A DNA stretch of 64,000 bases from the NCBI GenBank assembly GCA_963703315.1, contig OY969811.1, positions 960,001 to 1,024,000 on the forward strand. Direction: 5' to 3'. Each line of letters opens with the position of its first letter. Position 1 is the stretch's first letter. This DNA is from an uncultured cyanobacterium. Lineage in GTDB: Bacteria > Cyanobacteriota > Cyanobacteriia > Pseudanabaenales > Pseudanabaenaceae. Shown here in pieces: positions 1 through 9,400 of this stretch. The notes below the pieces were generated by a model. It was not told where the DNA came from and did no database searches. It saw only the letters and a list, made by a program, of their open reading frames with translations. A program made the translations under genes and the position numbers.

Positions 1-18
1 CCTACCACTAATAAAAGC

Positions 19-77
19 TACGGCGCTTTGCGCTCAAATCCTGTCACTTGGTTCGGATTTGAGCGCAAAGCGCTGTA
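19..77. repeat. REP-like inverted pair (TACGGCGCTTTGCGCTCAAATCC ... GGATTTGAGCGCAAAGCGCTGTA)
   Basis: 23-bp arms with 1 mismatch around a 13-nt spacer; the CGCTTTGCGCTCAAATCC core recurs at 63676-63693. Confidence 0.8.
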
Positions 78-91
78 AAAGTCAAATCCTG

Positions 92-625
92 TCACTTTTT
101 ATAGAAAGTTAGGGCGGTTTGTCCGTATTGGCGACGATCGCAACAAACCAACTCTCCCATCACATCAGGTAAAGGACGTAGGCGATCGCTCTCCGCAATG
201 ACTAGAGCATCTTCTGCAAGCAGATTTGGTAAAGCCTTAAGGACAGGTTCATAGAGATCGCTTTGATAAGGTGGATCGAAATAGACAAGATCGAAAAATT
301 TCGGTGGTAATTTCGGCAAAATCTTGATCGCATCGCCTTTAATCACTTGCAACTTTTGTTCAGGTTTCGCACATTTCTGCCAATTTTCGTTGATGATGCG
401 ACAGGCGATCGCGGACAACTCAATCCCCACCACTTGACTAGCACCACGAACGAGAGCCTCTGCTCCCATTGCTCCTGAACCTGCACAAATATCTAACCAA
501 TTTGCGCCATTGATGCGACTTTGCAGAATATTGAAAACTGCTGCCCTGACTTTGCTAGGGGTGGGACGAGTGGATAGACCTGTCGGTGTTTTGATGGCGC
601 GATCGCCTTTGATCCGAATAGACAT
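92..625 (-). CDS. rsmD: 16S rRNA (guanine(966)-N2)-methyltransferase RsmD
   Basis: TRPT..KVR.A.FN, WLD.CAGSGAMG.EAL.RGA and FDPPY motifs. Confidence 0.93.
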   Translation of the reverse strand: MSIRIKGDRAIKTPTGLSTRPTPSKVRAAVFNILQSRINGANWLDICAGSGAMGAEALVRGASQVVGIELSAIACRIINENWQKCAKPEQKLQVIKGDAIKILPKLPPKFFDLVYFDPPYQSDLYEPVLKALPNLLAEDALVIAESDRLRPLPDVMGELVCCDRRQYGQTALTFYKK

Positions 626-639
626 ATTGCAACTATAAC

Positions 640-672
640 GGTTTTTATTTCGCCTACGGCAAAATAAAAACC
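640..672. terminator. Hairpin with GCC-TAC-GGC tip
   Basis: 15-bp arms, 1 mismatch, immediately after the stop of ORF 672-1220. Confidence 0.6.
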
Positions 673-1220
673 TAAATTAAATGATTAGAAAAAGATAACC
701 CCTCAATCTGGTCAATGGGAACCATCCAAATTTTATTTTGATAGGGTCTCCATACCGCACTCATCACATAGTGATTACGAATAGAAATGATGTGAACGTG
801 AGGAATACCAGAAAACTTCGAGCAGGAGCGTAAAAAATCTAGAGTTCTAATTAAGCGACTATGCAGAAATGTTGCCATTTCATCACTACAGTTTTGCCGC
901 AACATCGGCACAGCTTGCGGATCGGTGTCACCCCTTAACTCGTAAATAATATGCGTTTTGCCCTTAAAATCAATTTTGCGCGATCGCAATTCCCAGCCAC
1001 ACAGCACCCCAAACCCAATCACAGCCATACCTAAATCGATATGAAAGTCACGCATTTGGAATTTCGTGTTACTACTCATATCTGTATGGGTGTTATAGCC
1101 AGTCCAAGTGTGGAACTTCTCTAAATTATCGTCATTAATATCGACGGCTGAACGATAGGGAGAATTTACAACCCGACTAAGACTGATTTGCGTATTTTCT
1201 GAAGGTGGCTCTGATGTCAT
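672..1220 (-). CDS. Hypothetical protein
   Basis: 182-aa ATG ORF filling the gap, followed by a hairpin; no family recognised. Confidence 0.6.
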   Translation of the reverse strand: MTSEPPSENTQISLSRVVNSPYRSAVDINDDNLEKFHTWTGYNTHTDMSSNTKFQMRDFHIDLGMAVIGFGVLCGWELRSRKIDFKGKTHIIYELRGDTDPQAVPMLRQNCSDEMATFLHSRLIRTLDFLRSCSKFSGIPHVHIISIRNHYVMSAVWRPYQNKIWMVPIDQIEGLSFSNHLI

Positions 1221-1385
1221 ACTTGTCTCGTGAGTGACAGCACTTATAGGAATTAAGTATTTAAAACTTATGCTATGCCGTTGACCAGCCTAGTACTACT
1301 ATAAGCAGCTTAACATTCTTTGAATTAAGTTCTTAAATTGAATCACTTATTGAATCACTTACAGTTCACAACTGTATAGATACCT

Positions 1386-2492
1386 ATGCATTCTAAAAGT
1401 TCGCTTGGCTACCAACAGTTGCAACCAGATTTTTTGCAGCGTCAGTTATTGCAATATCAGCGTACTTTATTAACCAATATTGGGATTTTAGTCGGATTGG
1501 TGACAATTGGTACCTTTGGCTACCGCCTGATTGAAGGATGGAGTTGGTTTGATTCGCTCTATATGACGATCATTACTCTTGCCACGATTGGTTATGGAGA
1601 AACTAATCCTTTACATCTAAATGGGCGCATATTTACAGTTGTCCTAATTGTGATGGGGGTTGTTAGCATTAGTTATATTGCGGCTCATTTTACAGCCGCG
1701 ATCGCCAATGGTCATATTTACAATATTTTTCAGGCAAGACGGTTACGCAAAGTTATGCAGGCATTAGATGAACATTACATAGTTTGTGGATTTGGGCGCA
1801 CAGGGCGACAGGTTACTGCCGAATTTGCGGCGGAGGGAAGTATCTCGTTTGTGGTGATTGATAGCGATCCTGTGATGATTGCACAGGCAGAACAGTCTGG
1901 TTATCTGGCGGTGCAAGGGGATGCAGCGCTGGATCAAACCTTATTTTTGGCAGGTATCGATCGCGCCATTTGCATTGTGGCAGCTTTACCATCGGATGCC
2001 GAAAATCTCTATACGGTGTTGTCCGCCAAAACCCTAAATCCCGAAATTCGAGCGATCGCCAGAGCCAGTACCGAAGAAGCGATGCAAAAGTTACGCCGAG
2101 GTGGAGCCGATGAGGTGATCTCGCCATACATTACAGGGGGTAAACGCATGGCGGCAGTGGCTCTGCGCCCACAGGTGATGGACTTTGTGGATGGGATTAT
2201 TGCTGGGGAAAATCGTTCTTTTTATATTGAGGAATATCGGATTGACGATTCGAGCTATGTGGGAATTTCGTTAAAGAAAGCAAGTTTGCGATCGCAGACG
2301 GGAGTTTTAGTATTGGCAATCCGCCGCGCTGATGGTCATGTGATTGCAGGTCCCGATGGCAATACTGAAATTTTGCAAGGTGATGTCTTAATTTCGATGG
2401 GAACGCCTGAGCAATTAAGAGCTTTAAATCAAATCTTAAGTCCGATTTCTAAGCAGCCCAATATTTTACGTTTACCACGCCTTAAGTCTTAA
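1386..2492 (+). CDS. Potassium channel protein (ion channel + TrkA-N/TrkA-C RCK domains)
   Basis: TLATIGYGE selectivity filter, two TM helices, GFGRTG Rossmann motif, C-terminal RCK_C. Confidence 0.9.
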   Translation: MHSKSSLGYQQLQPDFLQRQLLQYQRTLLTNIGILVGLVTIGTFGYRLIEGWSWFDSLYMTIITLATIGYGETNPLHLNGRIFTVVLIVMGVVSISYIAAHFTAAIANGHIYNIFQARRLRKVMQALDEHYIVCGFGRTGRQVTAEFAAEGSISFVVIDSDPVMIAQAEQSGYLAVQGDAALDQTLFLAGIDRAICIVAALPSDAENLYTVLSAKTLNPEIRAIARASTEEAMQKLRRGGADEVISPYITGGKRMAAVALRPQVMDFVDGIIAGENRSFYIEEYRIDDSSYVGISLKKASLRSQTGVLVLAIRRADGHVIAGPDGNTEILQGDVLISMGTPEQLRALNQILSPISKQPNILRLPRLKS

Positions 2493-2509
2493 AGAATACT
2501 TAGAAAATA

Positions 2510-3286
2510 ATGGTTGTGGATTTCATTTCTCCATCACGGTTACTGCAAAATGCGATCGCTGATGCGATTAGTTCCGTATTTGAAATTGCAATTAGTCCTT
2601 ACAAAATCCCGATTACTATTGGCTATCCCAAATACGATGCTCATTACACATCAACAATCGCCCTAGCAATTTCCCATTCTGTAAATCGATATCCTTTACA
2701 AATTGCGGAAGCGATCGCCCAAACCTGTTCACAAAATTTAGCCATATCCTCAAAGTTACAGATTCAAGCCTTTGGCAAAGGTTGGCTAAATATCTATTTA
2801 AGTCAGGAATATATCACTGAAAGTTTACTTGCTCTAAACGAGTGGCAAATTGAAGGAATTGCCGAGCGTGATGGATTTTGGCAAAAATGCGATTTTTCTC
2901 CAAATTCCAATAAAAGTTCACCTGAGTTAATCTTGCAATATGCTTATGCCCGTTGCTGTGCCTTAATGCGATTAGCCTATAACAGTGATTCTCAGCCTTC
3001 GGTGGGGAATCACTCTAGCGTTTTAGAACCTGCGGAAGTTAGTCTATTACTGCAAAACTTCGCGATCGCAGCTTATTTAGAAAGTGAGAATTCTCTAGAT
3101 AGTCATCCATCAAGAATGAAGTTATCGCGATCGCTTGCCGAGACTTTTTTGCATTTTTATGATCACTGTCGAATTTTTGGAGTAGACCGAGAAATAGCTC
3201 TCAGACGATTATCCATAATTAGAGTTACGCAGAAAATGTTATTTGCGATCGCTCCACCCGAAATTAATTATGAAATGTACCTGTAA
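2510..3286 (+). CDS. Stand-alone ArgRS N-terminal/DALR anticodon-binding domain protein
   Basis: G.LNI.L and LQYAYARCC...FYD.CRIFG motifs; no HIGH/KMSKS catalytic domain. Confidence 0.75.
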   Translation: MVVDFISPSRLLQNAIADAISSVFEIAISPYKIPITIGYPKYDAHYTSTIALAISHSVNRYPLQIAEAIAQTCSQNLAISSKLQIQAFGKGWLNIYLSQEYITESLLALNEWQIEGIAERDGFWQKCDFSPNSNKSSPELILQYAYARCCALMRLAYNSDSQPSVGNHSSVLEPAEVSLLLQNFAIAAYLESENSLDSHPSRMKLSRSLAETFLHFYDHCRIFGVDREIALRRLSIIRVTQKMLFAIAPPEINYEMYL

Positions 3287-3320
3287 ATGAGAGTTGACGC
3301 AAAGCGTCAACTCTCATTTA
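3284..3320. terminator. Perfect 17-bp hairpin between convergent genes
   Basis: TAAATGAGAGTTGACGC-AAA-GCGTCAACTCTCATTTA, containing both stop codons. Confidence 0.75.
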
Positions 3321-4384
3321 AAAATTAACATGGCATCGCCAAAGGAATAAAAGCGATATTCCTTGTCGATCGCCTCTTGATAGACGGACATTAAAAATTC
3401 GCGCCCATCTTCGCCTAAAAATGAGGACACCATCATTAACAAGGTTGACTTGGGCAAATGGAAATTAGTAATCATCGCATCCAGCACTTTCCACTCATAA
3501 CTGGGATAAATCATTAAATTCGTTTTCCCCTTAAAAGCTTGAAAATTGGAGCTTTCTAGCGATCGCGCCACCGTACTACCCACCCCAATGACGCGACCAC
3601 CCCGCGCTTTGGTTTCCTTGATTTTGGCGATCGTCTCCTCTGGCACTTCGCACCACTCGTTATGCATAATGTGCTGCGTGATGTCCTCCGTCTCTACAGG
3701 GCGGAATGTGCCAATCCCAACGTGCAGAGTCACAAAGGCTTTATCAATACCTTTGTCCGCTAATTTTTGAAATAGCGACTCGGTAAAATGCAACCCTGCC
3801 GTTGGTGCAGCGATCGCCCCAGAAATCTCCGCGTAAATAGTTTGATAGCGATCAGGATCAGCATGGGAATCGGTGACATAGGGCGGCAATGGCAGCTTGC
3901 CCAATTGCTGAATGATTTTGTCAAGGTCAGCGTCCGCAGGAATGTGAAACTGCAATTCTCGCGCCCTTGTGGTGGTCTCAATGCCTTCTACCGTCGCCTT
4001 GACGTTTTCGGCAAATACAATTGTGCTACCAATGGGCAGACGTTTCCCCGGCTTGACTAAGGCTAACCAGCGATCATTGCCTAGCGGCTCCATCAGCAAG
4101 ATCTCCACAGGAACCCCTGATAGCTTCTGCCCGTACATCCTTGCAGGAATAACTTTGGTGTTATTAAAAACGATCAAATCTCCCGATTTCAGGAATTTTG
4201 GCAGATCGTAAAAATGGTGATGCTGTACTTGGCGATCTAAAGGGCGATCGCTACCGATTACCAACAGTCGCGATGTATCCCTTGGTGTAACTGGATCTTG
4301 AGCTATGCGATCGCTTGGCAATTCATAGTCATAGGCGCTTAATGCATAATCAGGCGCAAGTTCATTGGTAGGCGATGAAGTCAT
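3314..4384 (-). CDS. queA: S-adenosylmethionine:tRNA ribosyltransferase-isomerase QueA
   Basis: YDYELP..RIAQ, LPLPPY, YQT.YA, AAPTAGLHF, TNFHLPKSTL and YRFYSFGDAM motifs; ATG at 4384 preferred over the ORF-track start 4435. Confidence 0.95.
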   Translation of the reverse strand: MTSSPTNELAPDYALSAYDYELPSDRIAQDPVTPRDTSRLLVIGSDRPLDRQVQHHHFYDLPKFLKSGDLIVFNNTKVIPARMYGQKLSGVPVEILLMEPLGNDRWLALVKPGKRLPIGSTIVFAENVKATVEGIETTTRARELQFHIPADADLDKIIQQLGKLPLPPYVTDSHADPDRYQTIYAEISGAIAAPTAGLHFTESLFQKLADKGIDKAFVTLHVGIGTFRPVETEDITQHIMHNEWCEVPEETIAKIKETKARGGRVIGVGSTVARSLESSNFQAFKGKTNLMIYPSYEWKVLDAMITNFHLPKSTLLMMVSSFLGEDGREFLMSVYQEAIDKEYRFYSFGDAMLIFK

Positions 4385-4617
4385 AGATAAAGTTACAAAA
4401 AAGTGACACTCTGGGATGTTGGCACTACCTAACAATTTGCAGTACTTATCTAAGTGTTTGATAAAAAGGGACTAGTTGACAAAAAAATATAAGAAATTTT
4501 ATATACCAATCGCGGAAACAGTGGTATACAGATGGCAGCAGCAATATATGCCTTGTGTGATCCACTTTGCATATAGTGCGATCGCTTTTAAACCTTAGAT
4601 ATTTTAACGAGGAGTTT

Positions 4618-4818
4618 ATGCAGTATTTAATGACAGACCTTCACCAACGCTTTATTGGTGCATTGCACTACAACAAGCCTCTGGCTGTAGGCGATGTATT
4701 TCGCGCTGACAATACTAAAACTTATACAGTTGTCAGCATTAACGACACTCGCGACAAGAGCAAAAATGTCAAATCCGTAACCGTGATTCCTGTACGTGAA
4801 ACAGTCAGCGCTCACTAA
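4618..4818 (+). CDS. Small hypothetical protein (66 aa)
   Basis: GAGGAG RBS upstream of ATG 4618; ORF-track start 4567 probably too long. Confidence 0.55.
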   Translation: MQYLMTDLHQRFIGALHYNKPLAVGDVFRADNTKTYTVVSINDTRDKSKNVKSVTVIPVRETVSAH

Positions 4819-5060
4819 CGTGCCAATGAGTTGGCTTGTTAAGCAATTGGTTCTTAACTTTTCTCTTGATGGTCTATTGACATTAATCAACAAAGCTCAA
4901 AATATTAGCTCAAACCGCTATTTACAAATATTGCAAGCACACAGTAAGTCTGAGAAATCACCATATATGCAATCTGAGAGACTTATAGAAGCTGTCATTA
5001 ATACATAAATAATCAACGAGTATTTCTTTACTTCTCCACAGATATCGCAAGAATTAGTTT

Positions 5061-5161
5061 AAAAACAAAAGGGAGAGCAATGCTCTCCCTTTTGTTTTTG
5101 TGATTGCTAAAAGCCAAAGAGATTTGTGGCACTTCGTGCCACAAATCTCTTTGGCTTTTAG
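5061..5161. terminator. Two adjacent perfect hairpins (18-bp and 26-bp arms)
   Basis: 5061-5099 with loop AAT; 5107-5161 with loop TTC, containing the LRR gene stop. Confidence 0.75.
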
Positions 5162-5910
5162 ATGAGAATTATGCCATTTCTGAGATTGCTTAAAGAAGAT
5201 GCATCAATTGCATTACCTCTTAAATCAAGGCGTGTCAGATTTTTAAGATTAGCAAATTCTGGTGGTAAAGTTGTTATCTGATTGTAGGATAAATCTAGTT
5301 CTGTCAGGTTTTTAAGATTGCCAATTTCCGCAGGAATATCATGCAGTTGATTATTGCCAAGATATAAATCAGTTAAACTTGTGAGATATCCAATCTCCTC
5401 TGGCAAGACAGTTAAGTGGTTATTTCGTAAATCTAATTCTGTCAAATTAGTAAGATAGGCAATTTCTAAAGGTAGACTTTCAAGTTGATTTTCACTGACA
5501 TCCAGCCATGTTAAAAACTTGAGTAATCCAATCTCAGGTGGCAAAGTTTTTAAGTAATTATTGTTAATATCAAGTCTTGCTAAACCTGATAATTTTTCGA
5601 TTTCTGGGGGCAAACTGGCAATGTGATTTTCTGCTAGATTTAACACAGTAAGATTCTTTAGCTGCGTTACTGGTGCTGGAATTGTAGACAATTGATTGGA
5701 TTCTAAATGGAGCCAAGTTAGTCTTCGTAAATTTGCGATCGCCTCTGGTAACGAAGTTAGATTGTTTTCACTCAGGTACAGCCAAACTAAATTTGTTAGT
5801 TTACCAATCTCCTCAGGAACTGACTCTAGTTGCAGTTCACTAAGGTAAAGAGATGTTTCTTCAGAGATATTGGCGTTTTCAATTGTCTCAAGGATTTCCT
5901 GTTCATTCAT
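5158..5910 (-). CDS. Leucine-rich repeat protein
   Basis: About nine 23-residue LxxLPxEIgxLxxLxxLxLxxNx repeats. Confidence 0.92.
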   Translation of the reverse strand: MNEQEILETIENANISEETSLYLSELQLESVPEEIGKLTNLVWLYLSENNLTSLPEAIANLRRLTWLHLESNQLSTIPAPVTQLKNLTVLNLAENHIASLPPEIEKLSGLARLDINNNYLKTLPPEIGLLKFLTWLDVSENQLESLPLEIAYLTNLTELDLRNNHLTVLPEEIGYLTSLTDLYLGNNQLHDIPAEIGNLKNLTELDLSYNQITTLPPEFANLKNLTRLDLRGNAIDASSLSNLRNGIILI

Positions 5911-5931
5911 TTTGCTGTCCAGTTGGTATTT

Positions 5932-6759
5932 ATGGTACTTAGGGTACAGATTGATAACTATTGGCTTACATATTACCTAGAGGGTAACTCCCGACTTCCT
6001 GCAATTTTGTTTTTGCATGGATTCATGGGCGATCGCTTTGAATTTAAATCAGTAATCTCTGATTTATCTAAACAATTTTACTGCATAGCGATCAATTTGC
6101 TAGGGCATGGTCAGACTAAAGCAATTGATCACAAAACTGAACAAGATGATGACTACACAATTCAGTCCACTGCTAATTTTATTGTCAAATTTTTGGATGT
6201 ACTTCATGTGGAGCGTTGCTTTTTAGTAGGCTACTCTATGGGCGGAAGGCTAGCTTTATATTTAGCAATCCATTTCCCACAATATTTTGACAAGGTGGTT
6301 CTAGAATCTGCCTCTGCGGGTTTACAAACTGATACAGCAAGAAGCGATCGCCTAGTTAAAGATCAACAACTTGCGACTAAGTTAGTAAATAGTGATTTTT
6401 GTACATTTCTTGAAAATTGGTATCAACAACCAATTTTTGCAAACTTGCGATCGCATCCAAATTTTGCCCAGATGCTAGAGCAGAGGTTAAATAATTCATC
6501 AGTTCAATTAGCAAAATCTTTACGCAATCTCAGTACAGGAAAGCAGCCATCATTGTGGGAAAAGCTATCGGAGAATGAGATTCCCTTACTTTTAATTGCA
6601 GGGGAGTTAGATCTTAAGTTCGTGCAAATCAATCAACAGATGCAACAACGATGTCCAGCCTCAAAATTAGAAATAATACCCAACTGTGGTCATAATACCC
6701 ATTTCGAGAATCCTGATTTATTCGTTCAAAAGCTGCAAGATTTTTTCTGCAATAAGTAG
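5932..6759 (+). CDS. menH: 2-succinyl-6-hydroxy-2,4-cyclohexadiene-1-carboxylate synthase (alpha/beta hydrolase)
   Basis: LHGFMG, GYSMGGR, LESAS.GL, GELD.KF and GHNTH motifs; ATG 5932 avoids overlap with the LRR gene. Confidence 0.85.
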   Translation: MVLRVQIDNYWLTYYLEGNSRLPAILFLHGFMGDRFEFKSVISDLSKQFYCIAINLLGHGQTKAIDHKTEQDDDYTIQSTANFIVKFLDVLHVERCFLVGYSMGGRLALYLAIHFPQYFDKVVLESASAGLQTDTARSDRLVKDQQLATKLVNSDFCTFLENWYQQPIFANLRSHPNFAQMLEQRLNNSSVQLAKSLRNLSTGKQPSLWEKLSENEIPLLLIAGELDLKFVQINQQMQQRCPASKLEIIPNCGHNTHFENPDLFVQKLQDFFCNK

Positions 6760-6767
6760 CGGGGCGC

Positions 6768-6822
6768 AAGCTTGTTAAACAAAAAAGAGGCGCTTTGCGC
6801 CTCTTTTTTGTTTAACAAGCTT
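6768..6822. terminator. Perfect 26-bp hairpin between menH and sigF
   Basis: AAGCTTGTTAAACAAAAAAGAGGCGC-TTT-reverse complement; the right arm includes the sigF 3' end. Confidence 0.75.
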
Positions 6823-7648
6823 CAGCTTCTAGAACACAGCGTAAAGTTGATAAGCCTTTTTTGAGTTGGCGGGAGATGGTCACAGCGCTTACGCCTAACA
6901 TTTTGGCGACTTCCCTTTGAGGTAAATCTTCAATAAAGACAAATTCGACAATTTCTCTAGTGCGTTGCTCTAATAGCAATAGAGCTTGATGCAAACGAAA
7001 CTTCTCATCCTGTTGTAATTGCATATTGCTTTTAGGATCAGCAACGAGATCACCAATAGAAGCGGAATCTTCTTCTTCCGAACGGATCGGCGCATCTAAA
7101 CTTAAAGGAGCGCGATTTTGACAGGCGAGTTTGGCTTCTTGCCATTCGCTGAGAGTCACGCCAAGAGCATTAGCAACTTCCTGTGCTGAGGGTTCTCTTT
7201 GTAAAGTATTGCGTAACTTTTGCATCACTCGTACTGATTGCTGTTGTAAATCCATCCAACGACGAGGAATGCGTACTGAAGAATTTTTATCACGAAGATA
7301 ATGTTGAATTTCGCCGCGAATGTAGCGTACGGCGAAAGAACTAAAGGCATAACCGCGATTTAGCTCAAAGCGATCAACTGCACCAATTAAACCTAGTGAC
7401 CCCACCTGTAATAAATCGTCATATAGCTCAGAGTGACGCTCTGCCCAAAAACCAACTTCTTTTTTGACTAGACCGATATTTAATCGTACAAGGCGATCGC
7501 GTAGGTATGCCGATGGTGCTTTGCGATATTGCTTAAGTAGTTCGAGGGTAGTGGTTTTGTCTGCTGCCGAAAACTCACGCACTTTATGGGTAGTGATACT
7601 CGATTGATGAGAAATATCGGATGGGAGCGCGAGTGTTTCGGTGGTCAT
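6812..7648 (-). CDS. sigF: Group 3 RNA polymerase sigma factor (SigF-like)
   Basis: DLLQVG.LGLI.A..RF, FSSFA..YIRGEIQHYLRDK and region 4 HTH. Confidence 0.82.
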   Translation of the reverse strand: MTTETLALPSDISHQSSITTHKVREFSAADKTTTLELLKQYRKAPSAYLRDRLVRLNIGLVKKEVGFWAERHSELYDDLLQVGSLGLIGAVDRFELNRGYAFSSFAVRYIRGEIQHYLRDKNSSVRIPRRWMDLQQQSVRVMQKLRNTLQREPSAQEVANALGVTLSEWQEAKLACQNRAPLSLDAPIRSEEEDSASIGDLVADPKSNMQLQQDEKFRLHQALLLLEQRTREIVEFVFIEDLPQREVAKMLGVSAVTISRQLKKGLSTLRCVLEAEAC

Positions 7649-7840
7649 AGTTTTGCCCTGAACTAATCAAGCTTGCTAATTAAATCATTTAAAACGTTAT
7701 TTGTTTCGATGTACTTAGATTATTTGTTTTAGGGGCGATCGTCACCTTGCAGGTTGTTAGGGATTATCAAATCCAAAAATCGAGAAACACCTAACAGGTT
7801 GTTAGGTGTTTCTGAAAAACAGGTAGTAGCCTTGCACTGC

Positions 7841-7927
7841 TAAGTATCTAGGCGCAATTAAATATAAAACCCCAAAACCTGTGGCGCACGCTGCGCGTGC
7901 GCCACAGGTTTTGGCTCTAGTTTTTAA
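7841..7927. mobile_element. ~100-bp MITE-like repeat (family A), right end truncated
   Basis: TAAGTATCTAGGCGCAATTAAATATAAAACCCC plus a 20-bp perfect hairpin; nearly identical to 12065-12135. Confidence 0.7.
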
Positions 7928-7934
7928 AAAAGAG

Positions 7935-7977
7935 CCAATTTTTGATGACGCGGCTTCGCCGCGTCATCAAAAATTGG
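7935..7977. repeat. Perfect 20-bp hairpin with GGC-TTC-GCC tip
   Basis: Seen directly; lies between divergent genes. Confidence 0.8.
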
Positions 7978-8013
7978 TTTGAGAGACAATCTTGTGGATA
8001 ATGAGATTGCTCA

Positions 8014-9261
8014 ATGCGTAGTGATAGTAACCAGACTTTGCAACAGTTTCCCTTTGATTTTAATTATTTGCCTACACCTGCCTATCTCGTGGGGGGATGG
8101 GTGCGCGATCGCCTATTAAAGCGACAAGGTAAATATCTTGATCTTGATTTTGTATTACCAGAAAAAGCAGTGGAAATTGCTCAGGTGATCGCGCGTAAGT
8201 ATAAAGCAGGTTTTGTCGTGCTAGATGCGGAGCGACAAATTGCTAGAGTTGTATTTAAAGATGGAACCGCAGATTTTGCTCAGCAAATGGGGGCTACTTT
8301 AGAGGCAGATTTGGGACGGCGCGATTTTTGTATGAATTCGATCGCGATCGAATGTCATCAACTAACACAAGAGATTTGTTCACCAAAGATAGAAGAACTA
8401 TTTATTGATCCTTTTGATGGTATTGGAGATTTACGAGCAAAGAAAATTAGGATGGTTGCTCCTGAAAATCTAGCAGAAGATCCATTGCGGATTTTGCGGG
8501 GATATCGACAGGCGGCACAATTAGGATTTGAGATTGAAGATTTAACTCGACAGGTTTTGATCAAACTTGCACCAAAGCTAAAGTCTATGGCGGCTGAACG
8601 AGTGCTGACAGAATTGGCTTATCTTCTATCAATTAAGAATGGTAGTTCATGGATGCTTAAAGCAATTGATGATCAAGTTTTAGAAAGTTGGTTACCATCT
8701 CAATATTTAAACTTGGAACGATTTGCCAAAATTGAAAATGCGATCTCTATGCTATTGGCAAGATTTCCACACCTCGAATTATTTTTTAGTAAACACTTGG
8801 CAGGCGATCGCGAAGCTTTAGTAATTGTCAAAATCGCAGCTTTAACCAATAGTATCAATGCCCTTGAGCATTTAGGCATGAGCCGCGCTGAGCAACGTTG
8901 GTTAGTTGGAATTTTGCGGCATTTACCTCAGTTTATTGAGCTATTAGCTGATGTTTCTCCCAAAGCTCAATACCAGTTTTTTCAGTCCACCCTAGAGTTT
9001 TTTCCTGCGATCGCTTCTCTCGCTTTGGCTAGTAATTATGATTTAGATCAGATTTCGCCTTGGTTAGAGCGTTGGCTCAATCCCCATGATCCGATCGTCT
9101 ATCCGATCGCCTTAATTACAGGTGATGATCTGCGGAATGAATTAGGAGTTCCGCCTAGTCCGAAGATTGGCGAACTTCTCGAAAGTGTCAAGATTGCTCA
9201 AGTGGAAGGTCAGATTCACAATAGAGAAGAGGCGATCGCTTTTATCCAATCGATTTTATGA
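8014..9261 (+). CDS. tRNA nucleotidyltransferase (CCA-adding / poly(A) polymerase family)
   Basis: YLVGG.VRD.LL, DLDF, DL.RRDF..N and EDPLR.LR motifs. Confidence 0.9.
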   Translation: MRSDSNQTLQQFPFDFNYLPTPAYLVGGWVRDRLLKRQGKYLDLDFVLPEKAVEIAQVIARKYKAGFVVLDAERQIARVVFKDGTADFAQQMGATLEADLGRRDFCMNSIAIECHQLTQEICSPKIEELFIDPFDGIGDLRAKKIRMVAPENLAEDPLRILRGYRQAAQLGFEIEDLTRQVLIKLAPKLKSMAAERVLTELAYLLSIKNGSSWMLKAIDDQVLESWLPSQYLNLERFAKIENAISMLLARFPHLELFFSKHLAGDREALVIVKIAALTNSINALEHLGMSRAEQRWLVGILRHLPQFIELLADVSPKAQYQFFQSTLEFFPAIASLALASNYDLDQISPWLERWLNPHDPIVYPIALITGDDLRNELGVPPSPKIGELLESVKIAQVEGQIHNREEAIAFIQSIL

Positions 9262-9285
9262 CTGGTGTTACGCAGAAGCTACTAA

Positions 9286-9387
9286 GCCCCTCACCCCTAG
9301 CCCCTCTCCCAAAAAGGGCGAGGGGAAAAAGAAAAATCTTTTACTCCCCTTCTCCCGTTCTGGGAGAAGGGGTTGGGGGATGAGGGC
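9286..9387. repeat. CCCTCACCCC/GGGGATGAGGG-type cyanobacterial dispersed repeat
   Basis: Outer inverted repeat plus internal hairpins; partial copies at 29958-29998 and 49918-49963. Confidence 0.75.
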
Positions 9388-9400
9388 AATTCAGACTTAC

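Noticed and set aside
5830..5931. Extended menH N-terminus
   Set aside because: Overlaps the LRR gene; the hydrolase-like sequence starts at ATG 5932.
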